64,000 nt of DNA, from NCBI GenBank assembly GCA_004431415.1, contig QPMI01000103.1, positions 247,986-311,985 on the forward strand, read 5' to 3'. Origin of the DNA: Cyanophora paradoxa CCMP329 (taxonomy: Eukaryota; Plantae; Glaucophyta). This document shows positions 32,001-43,675 of this stretch, piece by piece. The notes beneath the pieces are model-generated. The model did not search any database. It saw only the letters and a program-made list of their open reading frames with translations, and had not been told where the DNA came from. The position numbers and the translations under genes were made by a program. Position 1 is the stretch's first letter, and every line of letters starts with the position of its first letter.

Positions 32001-35000
32001 CGCGCCGCTCGATCGGGCGGCATCGATATCGATATCGCCAGCATCCTTTCCTTAAGCTTTGGCAATTGCAACTTTAATTGGCCGCTGCTGATCCTGAGAC
32101 TCGCGCAGTGGGGCGCGGTCGGCGTGCCCCGCCCCGAGGACGCGTTCCGGGCCGTCTCGGCGGCGTTGCGCATCCGCGCCGGCTTCCGCGACGAGGGCCT
32201 CGGCCCCGTCTCCGTCGGCGTCGCCACGGGACCGTGCGCCCGTTCGATTCGATTTGATGCACAATTGCGCGCCCGCTGTCTTGCGCGTCGGCCCCCGCGC
32301 TCACTGCTGCACGAAGCGTCTACACGGGCGTGGTGGGCGACGAGGCCGCGCGGCGCGCCCTCTTCCTCTGCCTCGGCCGCCCCGTCTCCTCCGCCCTCCG
32401 GTCCGCGACGCCGCGCCGCGCCCCGCGCCGCGCCGCGCCGCTGCGTCCCGCCTCGTGACCGAGGGCGCGGGGGCGCCGAGGCGGCAGGCTTGCGCTGGCG
32501 GCGGCCGGCTCCATCTACATCGACACGGCCACGTGCGAGCGCGTCGCGGAGGACTTCGTTATCGAGGCCGCCAACTTCCCCTTCCGCGGCGAGGTGCGCC
32601 TTAACTCTCGCCGGGAGGCTGCGGGGAGGCTTGGGCTGAGGGGGCGAGCGCGTGCGCAGGGGGCGGCGGGGCAGGCGAAGCTGAAGGCGCCGGCGTGCTT
32701 CCGGGTCCTCTCCGCCCTGCGCCAGCCCCGCGAGACGGCCGTCGCCGCCGGCCGCGCCCGCCACCGCGCCGCTCGCGCTCGGCCGCCGGCTCGGCGCGCG
32801 GCTCGGCGCGGTCGGCGCGGCGGCGCTCCGAGCGCGCCCTCGTCGACCTCGCCGACCTCGAGTCCGAGGCGGCGGGGAGCGGGGCCGGCACGGGCTCTGG
32901 CTCCGGCTCGGGCGGGCTCGCCGGGGGCCCCGATCCCGAGGCGGACTCGGTGGCGAGCAGCAGGGCGCTCACGCGGGAGGAGGCGGCGGGCCGGCTGGCG
33001 GCGGCCGCCGCGTCGGGCGAGAGCCTCGTGTACGGGCGGCGCGAGGCGAGGGCGCAGCTTGTGGAGCTGCTCACGGCCGCCCGCTGCGGCGAGTACCTCC
33101 GCGGCGGCGCCGCGAGCGGGCACACGCTCCTGGTCGAGGGCGACCGCGGCTCGGGCAAGAGCACGCTCGGTGCGCAAGACGACCTCGCCTCCCCTTCTTC
33201 CCACAGGGGGCCCGTTGGCTGGCCCGCGATCGGTCTGAAGGCCGCCGCGCGCAGTGGCAGAGGCGGAGCGGCTGTGCGAGATCGTCGACCTGCCGTTCCT
33301 GAGCCTGCAGCCCGACCCTAAAGAGGTGCCCGGGCCGGGGGCGGGGCGCCCTGCTGCCGGCCGCCCCCTGACACCGGAGCCTCGCGGCAGATGTACCCCT
33401 ACGAGGCGGTGCGGCTGCTGCTGCGGGGCATCATCCTCCCGGGCCGGCGCGGGAGCGCGGCCTCGCACGCCGTCGAGCTCGATCGCGAGACGGTCGTGGA
33501 GCCCTCGCCCCGCGCCGAGAGCGCCACGCCCGGGCCGGAGCCGCCGGCCAGCGCGAGCGCGAGCGAGCGGCGGCAGGCGGCGGCAGCGCTGGGCGCCTGG
33601 CTGCAGTCGGCGGCCTCGGGCCCCGCCTCGCCGCTCGGAGGCTCGACGCGCTCGGAGCCGCAGGGGGCGGGGGAGGGCGGGTCGGAGTGGAGCAGCCCGC
33701 GGGGCTCGGCTGAGGTGCGGGCCTTTCGCGGGAGGCGCCCGGGAGCCCGTCGAGCCCGCGGGACGGCGGCTTCCTCTTCAGCATGCTGGCCCCCTCGGCC
33801 TTCGATCTGGGGCCCCGCGCCGCCGGCGCCCCCGAGCCGCCGGCGGGGCCCGCCCCGCGGCCCCGCTCCGTCTCTCCCGCCGAGAGCTCGAGCTACGGCT
33901 CGCCGGCGACGGCCGCCGGCGCCGCGGTGGCGGCCGCCGCCGATCGGGAGCTGTACGACATCGAGGAGCCCGAGTCGGAGTCGCCGGAGAGCTCGCGGTC
34001 GCCCCCGCGGGCCCGCCCCGGGGGGCGCGGGAGCGCGGGCCCGCGGCTCTCGGCCTTCGGGGACGGGCGCCTCTTCCTGGACGCCCTCGCCTTCCTCAAG
34101 CAGGTCGACCCGCAGCTCGCCTCCGGCTACAACGCCCAGGCCCGCCCCGCCCCGCCCCGCCCCGCCCCGCCCCGCCCCGCCCGCCCCGCCCGCGCGCGAG
34201 GCGGCCGCGCAGGTGCTGGTGCGGCTGCTGTGCGACGGCGTCTTCTTCCCCTCGACGACGGCGGCGGCGGGGAGAGCTCCAGCCCGGGGGGAGCCCGCAG
34301 CTCTCCTCCGCCGGCGGCTCCCGCGCGCGCCGGCGCTCGCGGGCGCGTAGCGACGCGCCCTCACTCGGGAGCCGCGGCTCGAGCGACGCGCGCACGGCCG
34401 CCGGCGCCCTCGTCGACTTTTCGATGGCCGCCTCCTCCGAGGGCTACCGCGTCTTCTCCTTCCTCTGCCGCCTCCTCGAGGTCCGCCCCCGAGCGCGCCG
34501 TGCCCCGCCGCGGCCCGCCCCGCGGGGCCGCTGAGCGGGGCGCTTGCAGGGGGTGGCGCGGAGCTCGGCGGCGCTGGTGATCATCGACGACTTCTGCGAC
34601 CTCGACGCCGCCTCCCAGAAGTGCCTCGCCTTCGTCGCCCAGACCGGGTCGGCACCCGCCCGGCCCCCGAGCTGGCCGGGGCCCCGCCCCCGCCGAGCCC
34701 GATCGCCGCGCAGGCGCGTGTGCATGCTGGCGACCTCGCGCAGGGTGCCCGCCTCGACCGTCTCCCTCGAGTTCAACATGGTGACCCCGGCCCTCTCTAC
34801 GACTGGCGAACTCGTTGCACTGACACACTTCTCTACGCGGACCAGCTGCGGCAGAGCCGCCAGACGCGCCACGCCGAGCTCCGCCCCTGGTCCTCCCTCG
34901 GTGCCCCCCGACCGCACCCGCCCCGCTTGCGGGCTTCAGCGCGCGCTGCCGACCGACGCGGCCCGCGGCGCCGCAGACGACGTGGCGGGTTTCGTGAGCT

Positions 35001-38000
35001 TCGTGCTGCGCATCGAGAAGGAGAACCTCTCGCCGGTGCTGGCGAGGGCGCTTGCGGAGCGGACGGGCGGGGCGCCGCGCTTCCTGCGCGAGCTCGTCCT
35101 CCACCTCGTCCAAGCTGGCTTCGTCGAGCTCGACAACGGCCGCGCCCTCGCCTCGGCCGCCCTGCTGCAGGGCGGCGAGCTCGACTCGCGCTCCCCGGAG
35201 CCGTCCCCCTCCGCCGCCTCGCCCACGCCCCGCCACTCCGTTGGCCCCCACGCGGGGGCCGAGGCGGGCACGGCGGCTGCGGAGGAAGCAAGGCGGGGGG
35301 CCAGCCCGGCGCCGCCCGGGGCCGCCGGAATCGGCTCGCTGCTCGGGCCGGGGAGCGCGGAGCCGCCGTCGAGCGGCGAGCGGAGCGCGGCGGGCGGGGA
35401 GCGCCGGCGCGGCCCGGAAATGTCGCCCGAGTGGGAGCGCGAGCGGGCCCAGAAGCCGGCCTTGAACGCCAAGGCCCTCCCCCTCCCCGAGAGGCGCGCC
35501 GCTCCTCCCCGGCCTTCCCCATGGGGCCGCCCCCTCACGCCCCGGCGGCGCCCCCGCAGCCTCCTGCCGTCCTCGATCCTGGTCGAGCTGGAGCGGATCC
35601 CGCCCGTCGCCGCCGGCGTCCTCAAGCTCGCCTCCGTCCTGGCGCGCCCTGTACCCCCCTTCCCCCGCCAGAGCGCCGGGCCTAAAGCGGGGGGCGGGGC
35701 GGCCGCGGCAGGGGGCGCGCTTCGAGACGGGCCTGGCGCAGTACGCGATCGACGGGGTCGTCGAGTGGAGCTCCATCGTCGACTGCCTCAAGGCCCGGCC
35801 GCCCGGCCCCCGGCCCCGGCCCCCGCGCCTCACCGCCGCCGGCCCCGCGCGCAGGTGCTAGAAAGGCACGAGGTGCTCGCGTGCGTGCAGACCGGCGACG
35901 GCCTCTTCGAGTACGGTGCGCATGCGCCTCGCGCCCCCGGCCGGCCGCCACGCCCGCCGGCGCCCCCTCTGACGGCCTTCGGGCACGCACAGTCTTCACG
36001 GAACGCGCCCACGGTCCGCATGCGCAGTCTTCGCGGAACCCGGCGCCCGCCCCGCGCGCCGCCCGACGCCCGATCGCGCAGTCGAAGTGCTGCGGAAGAC
36101 GGTCGACGCGGTGGACGCGGCGCTCGTCGCGTGGCGCGCCGCGGAGTACCTTTCCCGCACCTCCGAGCGCCGCGGCAAGGCTGCCGCCGCCCTGGTCCGC
36201 GATTCGATCTGGCTGGCCGCTGCCGCGCAGCCAACGTCGAAGGCCAACGCCGCGCAGGTCGCGGGGTACTACACCGCGGCGGGGGCTTCTTCGTTCGCGG
36301 AGCCGTACTGGGAGATCGCGGCGGAGGCGGCGGTCGAGGCCGGCCGCCCCGCCGAGGCCCTCGCGCTCCTCCCCGCAGAGCGCCTCCCGCCCGCTCTCGG
36401 CCTCGCGCTGCGCCCGCGGGGCGGCTCGACGGCGAGCGCCGCGAGCGTGGCCGCCGGCGAGGCACTCGGCGCGGCGCGGCGGCTCGAGCTGCGGTCGCGC
36501 GCCCTCTTTGCCCTCGGCCGCCCCGAGGCCGCCCTGGAGGCGCGTGCCCCCTCTAGATCTGCCGCCGCGCAGCGCCCCTGACGCCCCGCGCCAGGCGGTG
36601 CAGGCGTGCCTCGCGGAGCTGGGCGTGCGCTTCCGAGGGAAGCGGCCCCTCCCCCTCCCCGTCCTCTTCGCCGCCCTCTCCGCCGCCCGGCCCCGGGAGC
36701 CCGGCGGCTCCAGCAGGTGCCCACTCTTCCCTCGAGCTCGCCCTGTCGGGCCCCCCGCGAAAGCCGAGCGCGTCGCGGGCAGGGCGGCGCTGCAGGCCGC
36801 GGCCGGGGCCTCCGGCTCCCTGCAGGCCGCGCTGCAGCGGGCGACGGAGGCACCCCCGGAGCAGCGCCGCGCCGACATCCTCGTCGCCGCCCTCGGTGCG
36901 CCGGCGCCGTGTCGCGCCTTGACTTGGCGGTGGCGCGCGCGCTGAGGCCCCAAAGGCACCCACGTCTCCATCCTCGCCCACCGCGGCGACTCGGCCGCCG
37001 CCGCCGAGTCCGGTCCGCCCGCCCCGCGCCTCGCAAGGGCCCGCCTTCATACCTTCGCTCGCGCCGCCGGCAGCGCTGGCGCTGGTGCGGCTGGCGCGGC
37101 GGTGGAGCCCGCCCCCGGAGCGCGCCGACGCCCTCGCCACCGCCGCCTCCGCCCTCTCCGTGCGCCCCGCCCTTTCGCTGAGGCCCGAGTTCGGGGCCGA
37201 CGCGCGGGCGGCAGCGGGCGCGGTTCGGGCGGCGGGCGACGGAGGCGCTCCTCGCGGGGCGGCCCGCGCGGCGGCCGCCCTGCCCGCCGGCGAGCTCTCC
37301 GGGCCCCTTACCGTCGCCCGGGTAGGCCGCCCCCCTCCCCCCCCCTCCCCTCCCCCGGCCCCGGCCCCGACCCCTTTGATAGGGGGGCAGGTGACGGCGG
37401 GGGCCCTCGGGGCGCGTTCGGCGCGATCGACGCGGAGGCGCGCTCCCTCGCCGCCCGCGTGCGCCGCCCGCCCGCGCGCCCTCGCCTCGAGCCCTTGGCG
37501 CCGACGCGAGGCCGCGCTCCGATCCGATGCGCAGCTGCGGGCGATGGGGAAGCACGTGGAGGCGGGCGAGGTGGCGCTGGCGCACGCGCTGGCGCACCTC
37601 CTCCGGGGCCAGGCCGGCCCCGCCTCCGCCCTCTACGCCTCCCTGGCGCGCCCTGGCCGGCCCCCGCCCCGGCCCCCTTCCCCGGCCTGCTGGCTCACGG
37701 GGCGGCCCCCGCGCAGGAGGCCTTCACCGCCCCTCCAACCACTTCCTCCACCTGTCCGCCCCGCCCTCCCCGCGCCCCCCGCCTCGAGCGCGCCCGGCCT
37801 CGGGCTGACGGGCGCCGGCCCCGCTCCCGTTCGCAGGTTCTGGTCGCTCGTGGGCCGCGCGACGGCCGCCCTTCTGCAGCGCCCCGCCCCGCCCCGGCGC
37901 CCCCGGCGTTGGCGTCGCAGCCGGCGAGTACCCGCCGCCCTGCACCTACTCGTGCGCCCCCGCCTCTCTGCCGCCCGCCCCGCCCGCCGCTGAGCGCGCG

Positions 38001-38909
38001 CGGTCGGCGGCGCAGGGACGAGGCGGGGAGTGGCCACGTGGCGGAGCTCATCGAGCGGGCGCGGGCGGCGTTCGGCACGGAGCGCTTCCCGCTGGAGGCG
38101 CTCGCGCTGTCGGCCGCCGACGCCGCCTGCGCCCTCCGCGAGGGCCGCCTCCAGGTCCGAGCCGCGGCCGCCGGCTAAGGGAATTGAAGGGCGGGGCTGA
38201 TAGGGCGGCAGGCGGCGGAGGAGGCGGCGCTGGCAGCGGCAGAGGCGCTGCGGCGGCACGAGCCGGCGGGGTGCGGGTTCGGGCGGCGGCGGCGTGCCGG
38301 GGGACGGCGCTGCAGCTCGCGCTGCTGCCGCTGCTGATGGCGGGGGAAGCCCTCGCCGACCTGCTCGAGCGGGGGTACACCGAGGCGGCCGCCGAGGTCT
38401 CCTGGCGCCGCTCGAGCAGCCGCCGCCGCCTCCTCCACGGCGGGTCCGCCCCCACCCCCGCCCCCGCCCCCGCGCGAAGTCCGCGTCGGCGCCGACCGGT
38501 CCGCGCAGGCCGCTGCTGGCGTCGTTCGCGGACCGGAACCGGGCGCCGGTGCGGGACTACGGGGAAACGGAGGCGGGCTGGCAGCGGCACCTGCGGGCCG
38601 CCCTCCGCGACCTCGTCGACGCGCTCCGCCCCGAGGCCGCCCGCTTCCCCGCCGCCGCCCCCGCCTACGAGCTCCTCGAGGCACCCGCCCGCGCCGCCCC
38701 CCGAGCCGCCGACGCACATCGATGACCGCGGGCTGGGTCCCCCGCAGGGCCGGTGGCAGGAGCTCTCGGGCTCGCGGGGGGCAGCGCTGCGGCTCTACCG
38801 GCGGGCGGCCGGCCTCGCGCGGGCCGCGGGGGCCAGGCTCCTCGAGGAGATGGCGGCGGCCCAGACGAAACGCCACCGCCCGGGGCAGCCCGACGCCTCT
38901 CTCCCGTAG
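29080..38909 (+). CDS. Soluble adenylyl cyclase (ADCY10)-like protein: two class III cyclase-like domains, STAND/AAA ATPase and TPR-like repeats; multi-exon
   Basis: C1: VRLHIRGLSSLVE..LNAFF..HG/GDVHHLF/DNSL. C2: SEVRSV, PEDAFRAVSAAL, VSVGVATGP/VYTGVVG, GRPVSSAL/RL, IYIDTAT. ATPase: VYGRRE, Walker A LLVEGDRGSGKSTL, Walker B LVIIDDFCDLDAAS, ERTGGAPRFLREL, VLKLASVL. Ala-rich helical repeats to TAG at 38907. Confidence 0.8.
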
Positions 38910-38956
38910 CCCAGCAGCCCTTGCAAGACATTAGCCCAGCAGCCCTTGCAAGACAT
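38907..38956. repeat. Perfect 25-bp tandem duplication beginning at the stop codon
   Basis: tagcccagcagcccttgcaagacat x2. Confidence 0.95.
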
Positions 38957-39814
38957 TTCTTCCGCTCCTTTCAGTCTAGTTAGCGTTCGATTGGTTGGTT
39001 TTCTTCTCCTTCATCCCTGCCAGCCGTAAGCTTAATTGGGGAAGGACCCCCTTCCCCTTCCCCCACTTGGGGGTGTTCGGGTGCCCACCCTAGGCCAAAA
39101 TGAAATGTCCCGACCTCCCAAAACCCAAGTGTTCTCACCGGATCCTAGCAAGGCATGCCCCTAGAAGTCCGGAAACATGTTCCGGGAGATCCGGGTCCCG
39201 TCGGGTCGACCAGGAATGGGCGATAACACATTTTCACAAAATGCAATGTAGCGCCTCACCAAGTGGCGGCATATCTGCCGGACCAAGTGCGCCTGCATGC
39301 GCATGATGAGCACGACAATTCATTTCATACATGCTGAGACCGGAGGAGCACAGGGTGGCCCGCTAGACCGCCTCAAGTACCTGTTGTACCGGGCGCCGAA
39401 AAAAAGCGCTCCTGAGAGTTTGTGGCGATATCGTGTTGCAGTACCCGTACGCCGCTTTGGGGGGAATGGAGCAGGGGGGAATGGACGCCGCTTGCTGGGG
39501 GAATGGAGCAGGGGGTTGCTGGGTACACGTACGTAGCACCTGGTGGATCGTGGTGGACGAGGTCGCGGGGCCGAGCCGCCCTGCAACATAGCAGCAAGCG
39601 GCGTTCAGCTCTGTTCTAGCTCACATCCTTGCTCTGACCTTCGGAAGCTGGACGAAGACGCCCGCGACGCCGTGTGCTGGTGCGGCCGAGTGCGCGCCAA
39701 CGGTTCCGCGCTGGGGCGCGCACAGAAGCCGCTCAAGTGCAGATCTCGCCATGTTGTCGAACAGCTCCTCTTGCGCATCTTCTTCTTCTTCTCCGCTCCG
39801 CAGCAGACGGCAGG

Positions 39815-40175
39815 CGGCGGCGGGGCTCGCCGGGCGGGGCGGATCCAGAGGCGCGGCGGGCGGCGGCGGCCGCGGGGCTCGCCGTGCGGGGCGGAGGCGC
39901 GGTGGGCGGCGGCGCGGCGCGGCTCGCCGGGCGAGGCGGAGGCGCGGCGGGCGGCGGCGCGGCTCGCCGGGCGAGGCGGAGGCGCGGCGTGCGGCGGCAC
40001 GGCGCGCCGCACGGGAAGCAGGCGCGGCGGGCGGCGGAGCGGCGCGCCGGGCAGGGCGGACGCGCGGCGGGCGGCGGCGGGGCTCGCCGGGCGGGGCGGA
40101 GGCCGGCGGGCGGCGGCGCGGCTCGCCGGGCGGGACGGCGGCGCGGCTCGCCGGGCGGGGCGGAGGCGCGGCGGG
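39815..40175. repeat. ~40-bp GC-rich minisatellite, about 9 degenerate copies, in a TE-like intergenic block (39030-40800)
   Basis: Unit approximately ggcggaggcgcggcgggcggcggcgcggctcgccgggcgR. Confidence 0.8.
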
Positions 40176-40823
40176 AGGCACGTCTACGCCTAACGAGCAT
40201 TAGCTGCAGTCTGCAGATGCTGTTTTTGTTGCATTAGGCCACATGGCCACCTCGCACATCCCAAGACGCCGTGACGAGCAGGCCTAGGGGGCGGCGGCGA
40301 GTCGAACACCTAGAACTTAGCAACCTCACTGATCATGATTGACCTGCAAGTCCTCTTCCGCGCCCGGTCCCACGAGCTCGCCGAGTCGATTCGCGAGCCC
40401 GGCCGACCGTCCCAACCGCAGGGGTTCGCGCATGCGCAGCTCAGCGGCTGCAGGCTCCAAAGAGTTAGCACTATTTCTATCTCGGCCCGGCTAACCTGAC
40501 CTTTCCTGCTCAACCGTTAGAGGTCCTTCCCCTTCAACAGGGGCAGTGCAACTGCAGAGTCCCTGTTCCGTTCATTTATCACCTTTCGAATTTGTGAAAC
40601 ATCATTGCAATTGAACTTCGGAATCGGGTTCCCATATTAGAAGAGTATTTATATGTCTTTTACCAAATCTAGATTGTTCTTGGGCAGGACAGATTTTCGC
40701 ATAGCAGTTGCAAATTGTTTGGGGCATCCTCAGTACCAGATTGATTCCAGATTGCTTTCCCGGGTCCGACATGTACACGACAGATTTTCACTGAGTCAAG
40801 CCATGCTCTTAATTTAACTTAAT

Positions 40824-41036
40824 TTACTTGGTCAAATGCATCCAACGCCAGCTGTTTGTATACTTATACGCATGCCTGCCACAAGCAGCCTTGCTTCTTC
40901 CCGAAGACTTGCCCTTCTTATTCGACCCCGCCTCCGCGCAGGCCGCCAGGAGGCTGAAAACGACGATGACGAGGACAAGGGCGACCACCAGAGGGGCCCA
41001 GCTACGGCCCCTCCCACGACGAGCCACGCGACACAT
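40824..41036 (-). CDS. Short ORF (70 aa) with signal peptide/TM; small secreted protein or orphan first exon
   Basis: MCRVARRGRGRSWAPLVVALVLVIVVFSLLAACAEA|GSNKKGK...; host-like GC3 in the hydrophobic part. Confidence 0.35.
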   Translation of the reverse strand: MCRVARRGRGRSWAPLVVALVLVIVVFSLLAACAEAGSNKKGKSSGRSKAACGRHAYKYTNSWRWMHLTK

Positions 41037-41585
41037 CTTCACTGCTTCGCGCGAAAGAAGACTGAAGGTTGTACCCCTAGCAATCATTATATAGAATCGA
41101 GGCTGCTTACAGAGTGGCAGGCATACAAAGTCATATGCTACGCGTTCGCTCGCATATTCAATAATAGCACTGTAATTGTGATATCGATACTTGCAATTCA
41201 GGCCTGAGCTTGGTAGTCTGACTCTAGATCTGCATGTGGATGTCCAGGTTCTCGATCTAGTGCTAGTTGAATGCAACGGTTCTCTCTTGCTGTCATCAAA
41301 TAGCTTCATTTTAAACCTTTTGGAATTCACTGTCAGTCCAGTATAGTGTATAACGTTCAACTTTGTGCGCGTCAATGCTGAAGCTTAGAATGCTGGCCAT
41401 TGCGGTAACGTTAACGTCAGAATCGATGTCGATACCAGGGGAGAGGGCGCGCTCCGGATCCGGCGAGCCTAGGAGGGCGCGGGGCGCCGCGGCGAAGGCT
41501 CCATGGCAGTAAAATTGAACACGAAGACAAGTTCGGGACATGCGGGGCCGCTGCAGGCTTCCGCCCCTGAGGCCCCTCGGCGCGC

Positions 41586-43206
41586 TCACGAGGCGCGGCG
41601 GGCAGCGGCGACGAGGCAGGCCGCCGCCAGGGCGGCGGCGAGGGCGGCGGCCTGGTGCGCTCGGCGTCAGCGGGGGCGGGGCGAGCTGGGCAGGGGCGGG
41701 CGGGCGGGCGGACCGCGAGGGTGGGCGCCGGCCTCTCCAGCTCGGCCGCGGCAGCCGCCTGGAGGGCCTGGAGGGCGCGCAGCGCGGCGGCGCGGCCCTC
41801 CCGCAGGGCGCCCGCCCACTCGCCGGCGCCTCGCCCCAGCTCGCCGGCGAGGGAGCCGCGGGGCAGGGACGGGCGCTGCTGCGGGTGGTGCTTGGCCTTG
41901 AGCCGGCGCTGCTTCTCGGCGAGCTGCTCGAGCCGCGCCGCGTGCTGCTGCTGCGCCTCCGCCGCCTGCTGCAGCTGCTCGTCCACCCCCGCCAGCGCGC
42001 CGGCCTGCCGCTCCTGCGCATCGGCCACCGCCGCAGCTGCGCGCCGGCCTCCTCCTGCGCCCCGCCCAGGGCCGCCAGGCGCGCCGCGCAGCCGCGCAGC
42101 TCGTCGGCGTGCAGCCGCTGCGCCTCTGCGAGCCGCTGCAGCTGCGCCGCCGCCGCCTCGCGCGCCGCCTCGAGGCCGGAGAGGCGCGCGCCCTGCCGCG
42201 CCGCCTCCGCCTCGAGCGCCGCCAGCCGCCCCGCCTGCTCGCGCAGCGCCGCCGCCGCCTCAGCGCGCTCCCTGCGTGCCTCGGCCGCCTCGGCCGCCTC
42301 GCGCTCCCGCGCCCCCGCGAGCCGCCCGACCTCCGTCTCGAGCCGCTGCGCGCGCGCCTCGATCCGCTCGAGCCGCGCCTCCTGCCCCATGCGCTCCACC
42401 TCTCCCGCCGACACCTGCGCGTGCGCGCGCCCCGCCGGCCGGTCGGGTCGGCGCCACGGAGGGCCCGGGCGCGCGGGGCCCCGCCCCGCACCGCGACGAA
42501 GAAGTTGGAGTCGGGGCCGGGCTTGACCCAGCACTCGCCCTCGCCGGCCGTCGTCGCGCGGACGCACATGGCGAAGCTCGCGGCCGGAGAGCCCGGCGCC
42601 GCCTCCAGCGCGAAGCAGAAGGAGCGCACGTCGAGCGCGCCCCTCTGGTGGGAGGCGGCGGAGGCGAGGAGGTACGTGTCCCGGTACAGGATCGCGTGGT
42701 TCTCCTGCGGCGGGGTGAGGCGCGCGGCGCCCTGCCCCGCGGGGGCTGATCGGACCTGGTCGGGGAGGAGCAGGGCCTCCCGCACGCCGGCGTCCATCGC
42801 CCACGCCGCCTTGCTGCACCCGTCCGTCGCCTGCCCCACCTGGAAGTCCACCCGCAGCTCTGCCCCCGAGGCTCTCGGCGCCAACCCCGGGCGCGGGGCG
42901 CGGGGCGCCGGCGGCGGGCGGGCGCGCACCGCCGCGCCGCTGCAGCTTGTCGAAGGTCGCCCTGAACTCGAAGACGGAGTGCCGCGCGCCCGCGAAGCAG
43001 CGGATGACGACGTGCCTAAGGCCGAGGTCGTTGCCGGCCTCGTCGGGGCGGTACGTCGCCGTCTCTCCCGCCGAGAAGGGTCCCTCCAGGCCGAGCTGCC
43101 GGCCGAGCTCCGCGACCGGGAGCGCGTTGCCGGCGACGCGCGAGTCCGCCACGCGCGTGCACGTCAGGAGGGGCTTCATCTGCGGGTTCGAGCGGTCCGG
43201 GGTCAT
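41586..43206 (-). CDS. Tail-anchored coiled-coil protein with an unrecognised beta-rich N-terminal domain
   Basis: Spliced exons MTPDRSNPQ..FEFRATFDKLQ / ELRVDFQVGQ / ENHAILYRDTY..SNFFVA, then an Ala/Glu/Arg heptad region and C-terminal hydrophobic AAALAAALAAACLVAAARRAS*. Confidence 0.65.
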
Positions 43207-43675
43207 TGTAGATCTTGGCGCACTCGCGCCGGCGCGGCGGCTCGCCTGCAGCCGCTGACGATCCTTTTGGATATGATCGATGAAGGCCGCCGCAAGTGTG
43301 GGAGAATGGCCTGCGCTCGCGTTGGGAGTTTCAGCGACGGACCCAGCGCGCACGAAGGCTGCACCTACGGCAGCGATCTACCCGAACAAAGCCTAGGCCT
43401 CGTGAACTCTTCGAATGCGCTAGGTGCTAGATCGGTGGTTTGCGACACGCACGATTCTGAATGAGGTGTTCGGATGCGCGCAAGCCCGCGACGCCCAGAG
43501 TTCCCGGATGCACTTCGGCTACGATTGGCTCGCTGACGCGCGGATTTCGTCAAGTCCGTCAGACCCTATGCTAGGTCTGGTTTGAACTACCGAGTTGCCG
43601 TACCCCGGATGCGGCCTGGCTGCCAGAGCCCGCAGCTCAGCTATCTCGCTTGTTTCTTTCTACCGCACATACGCG

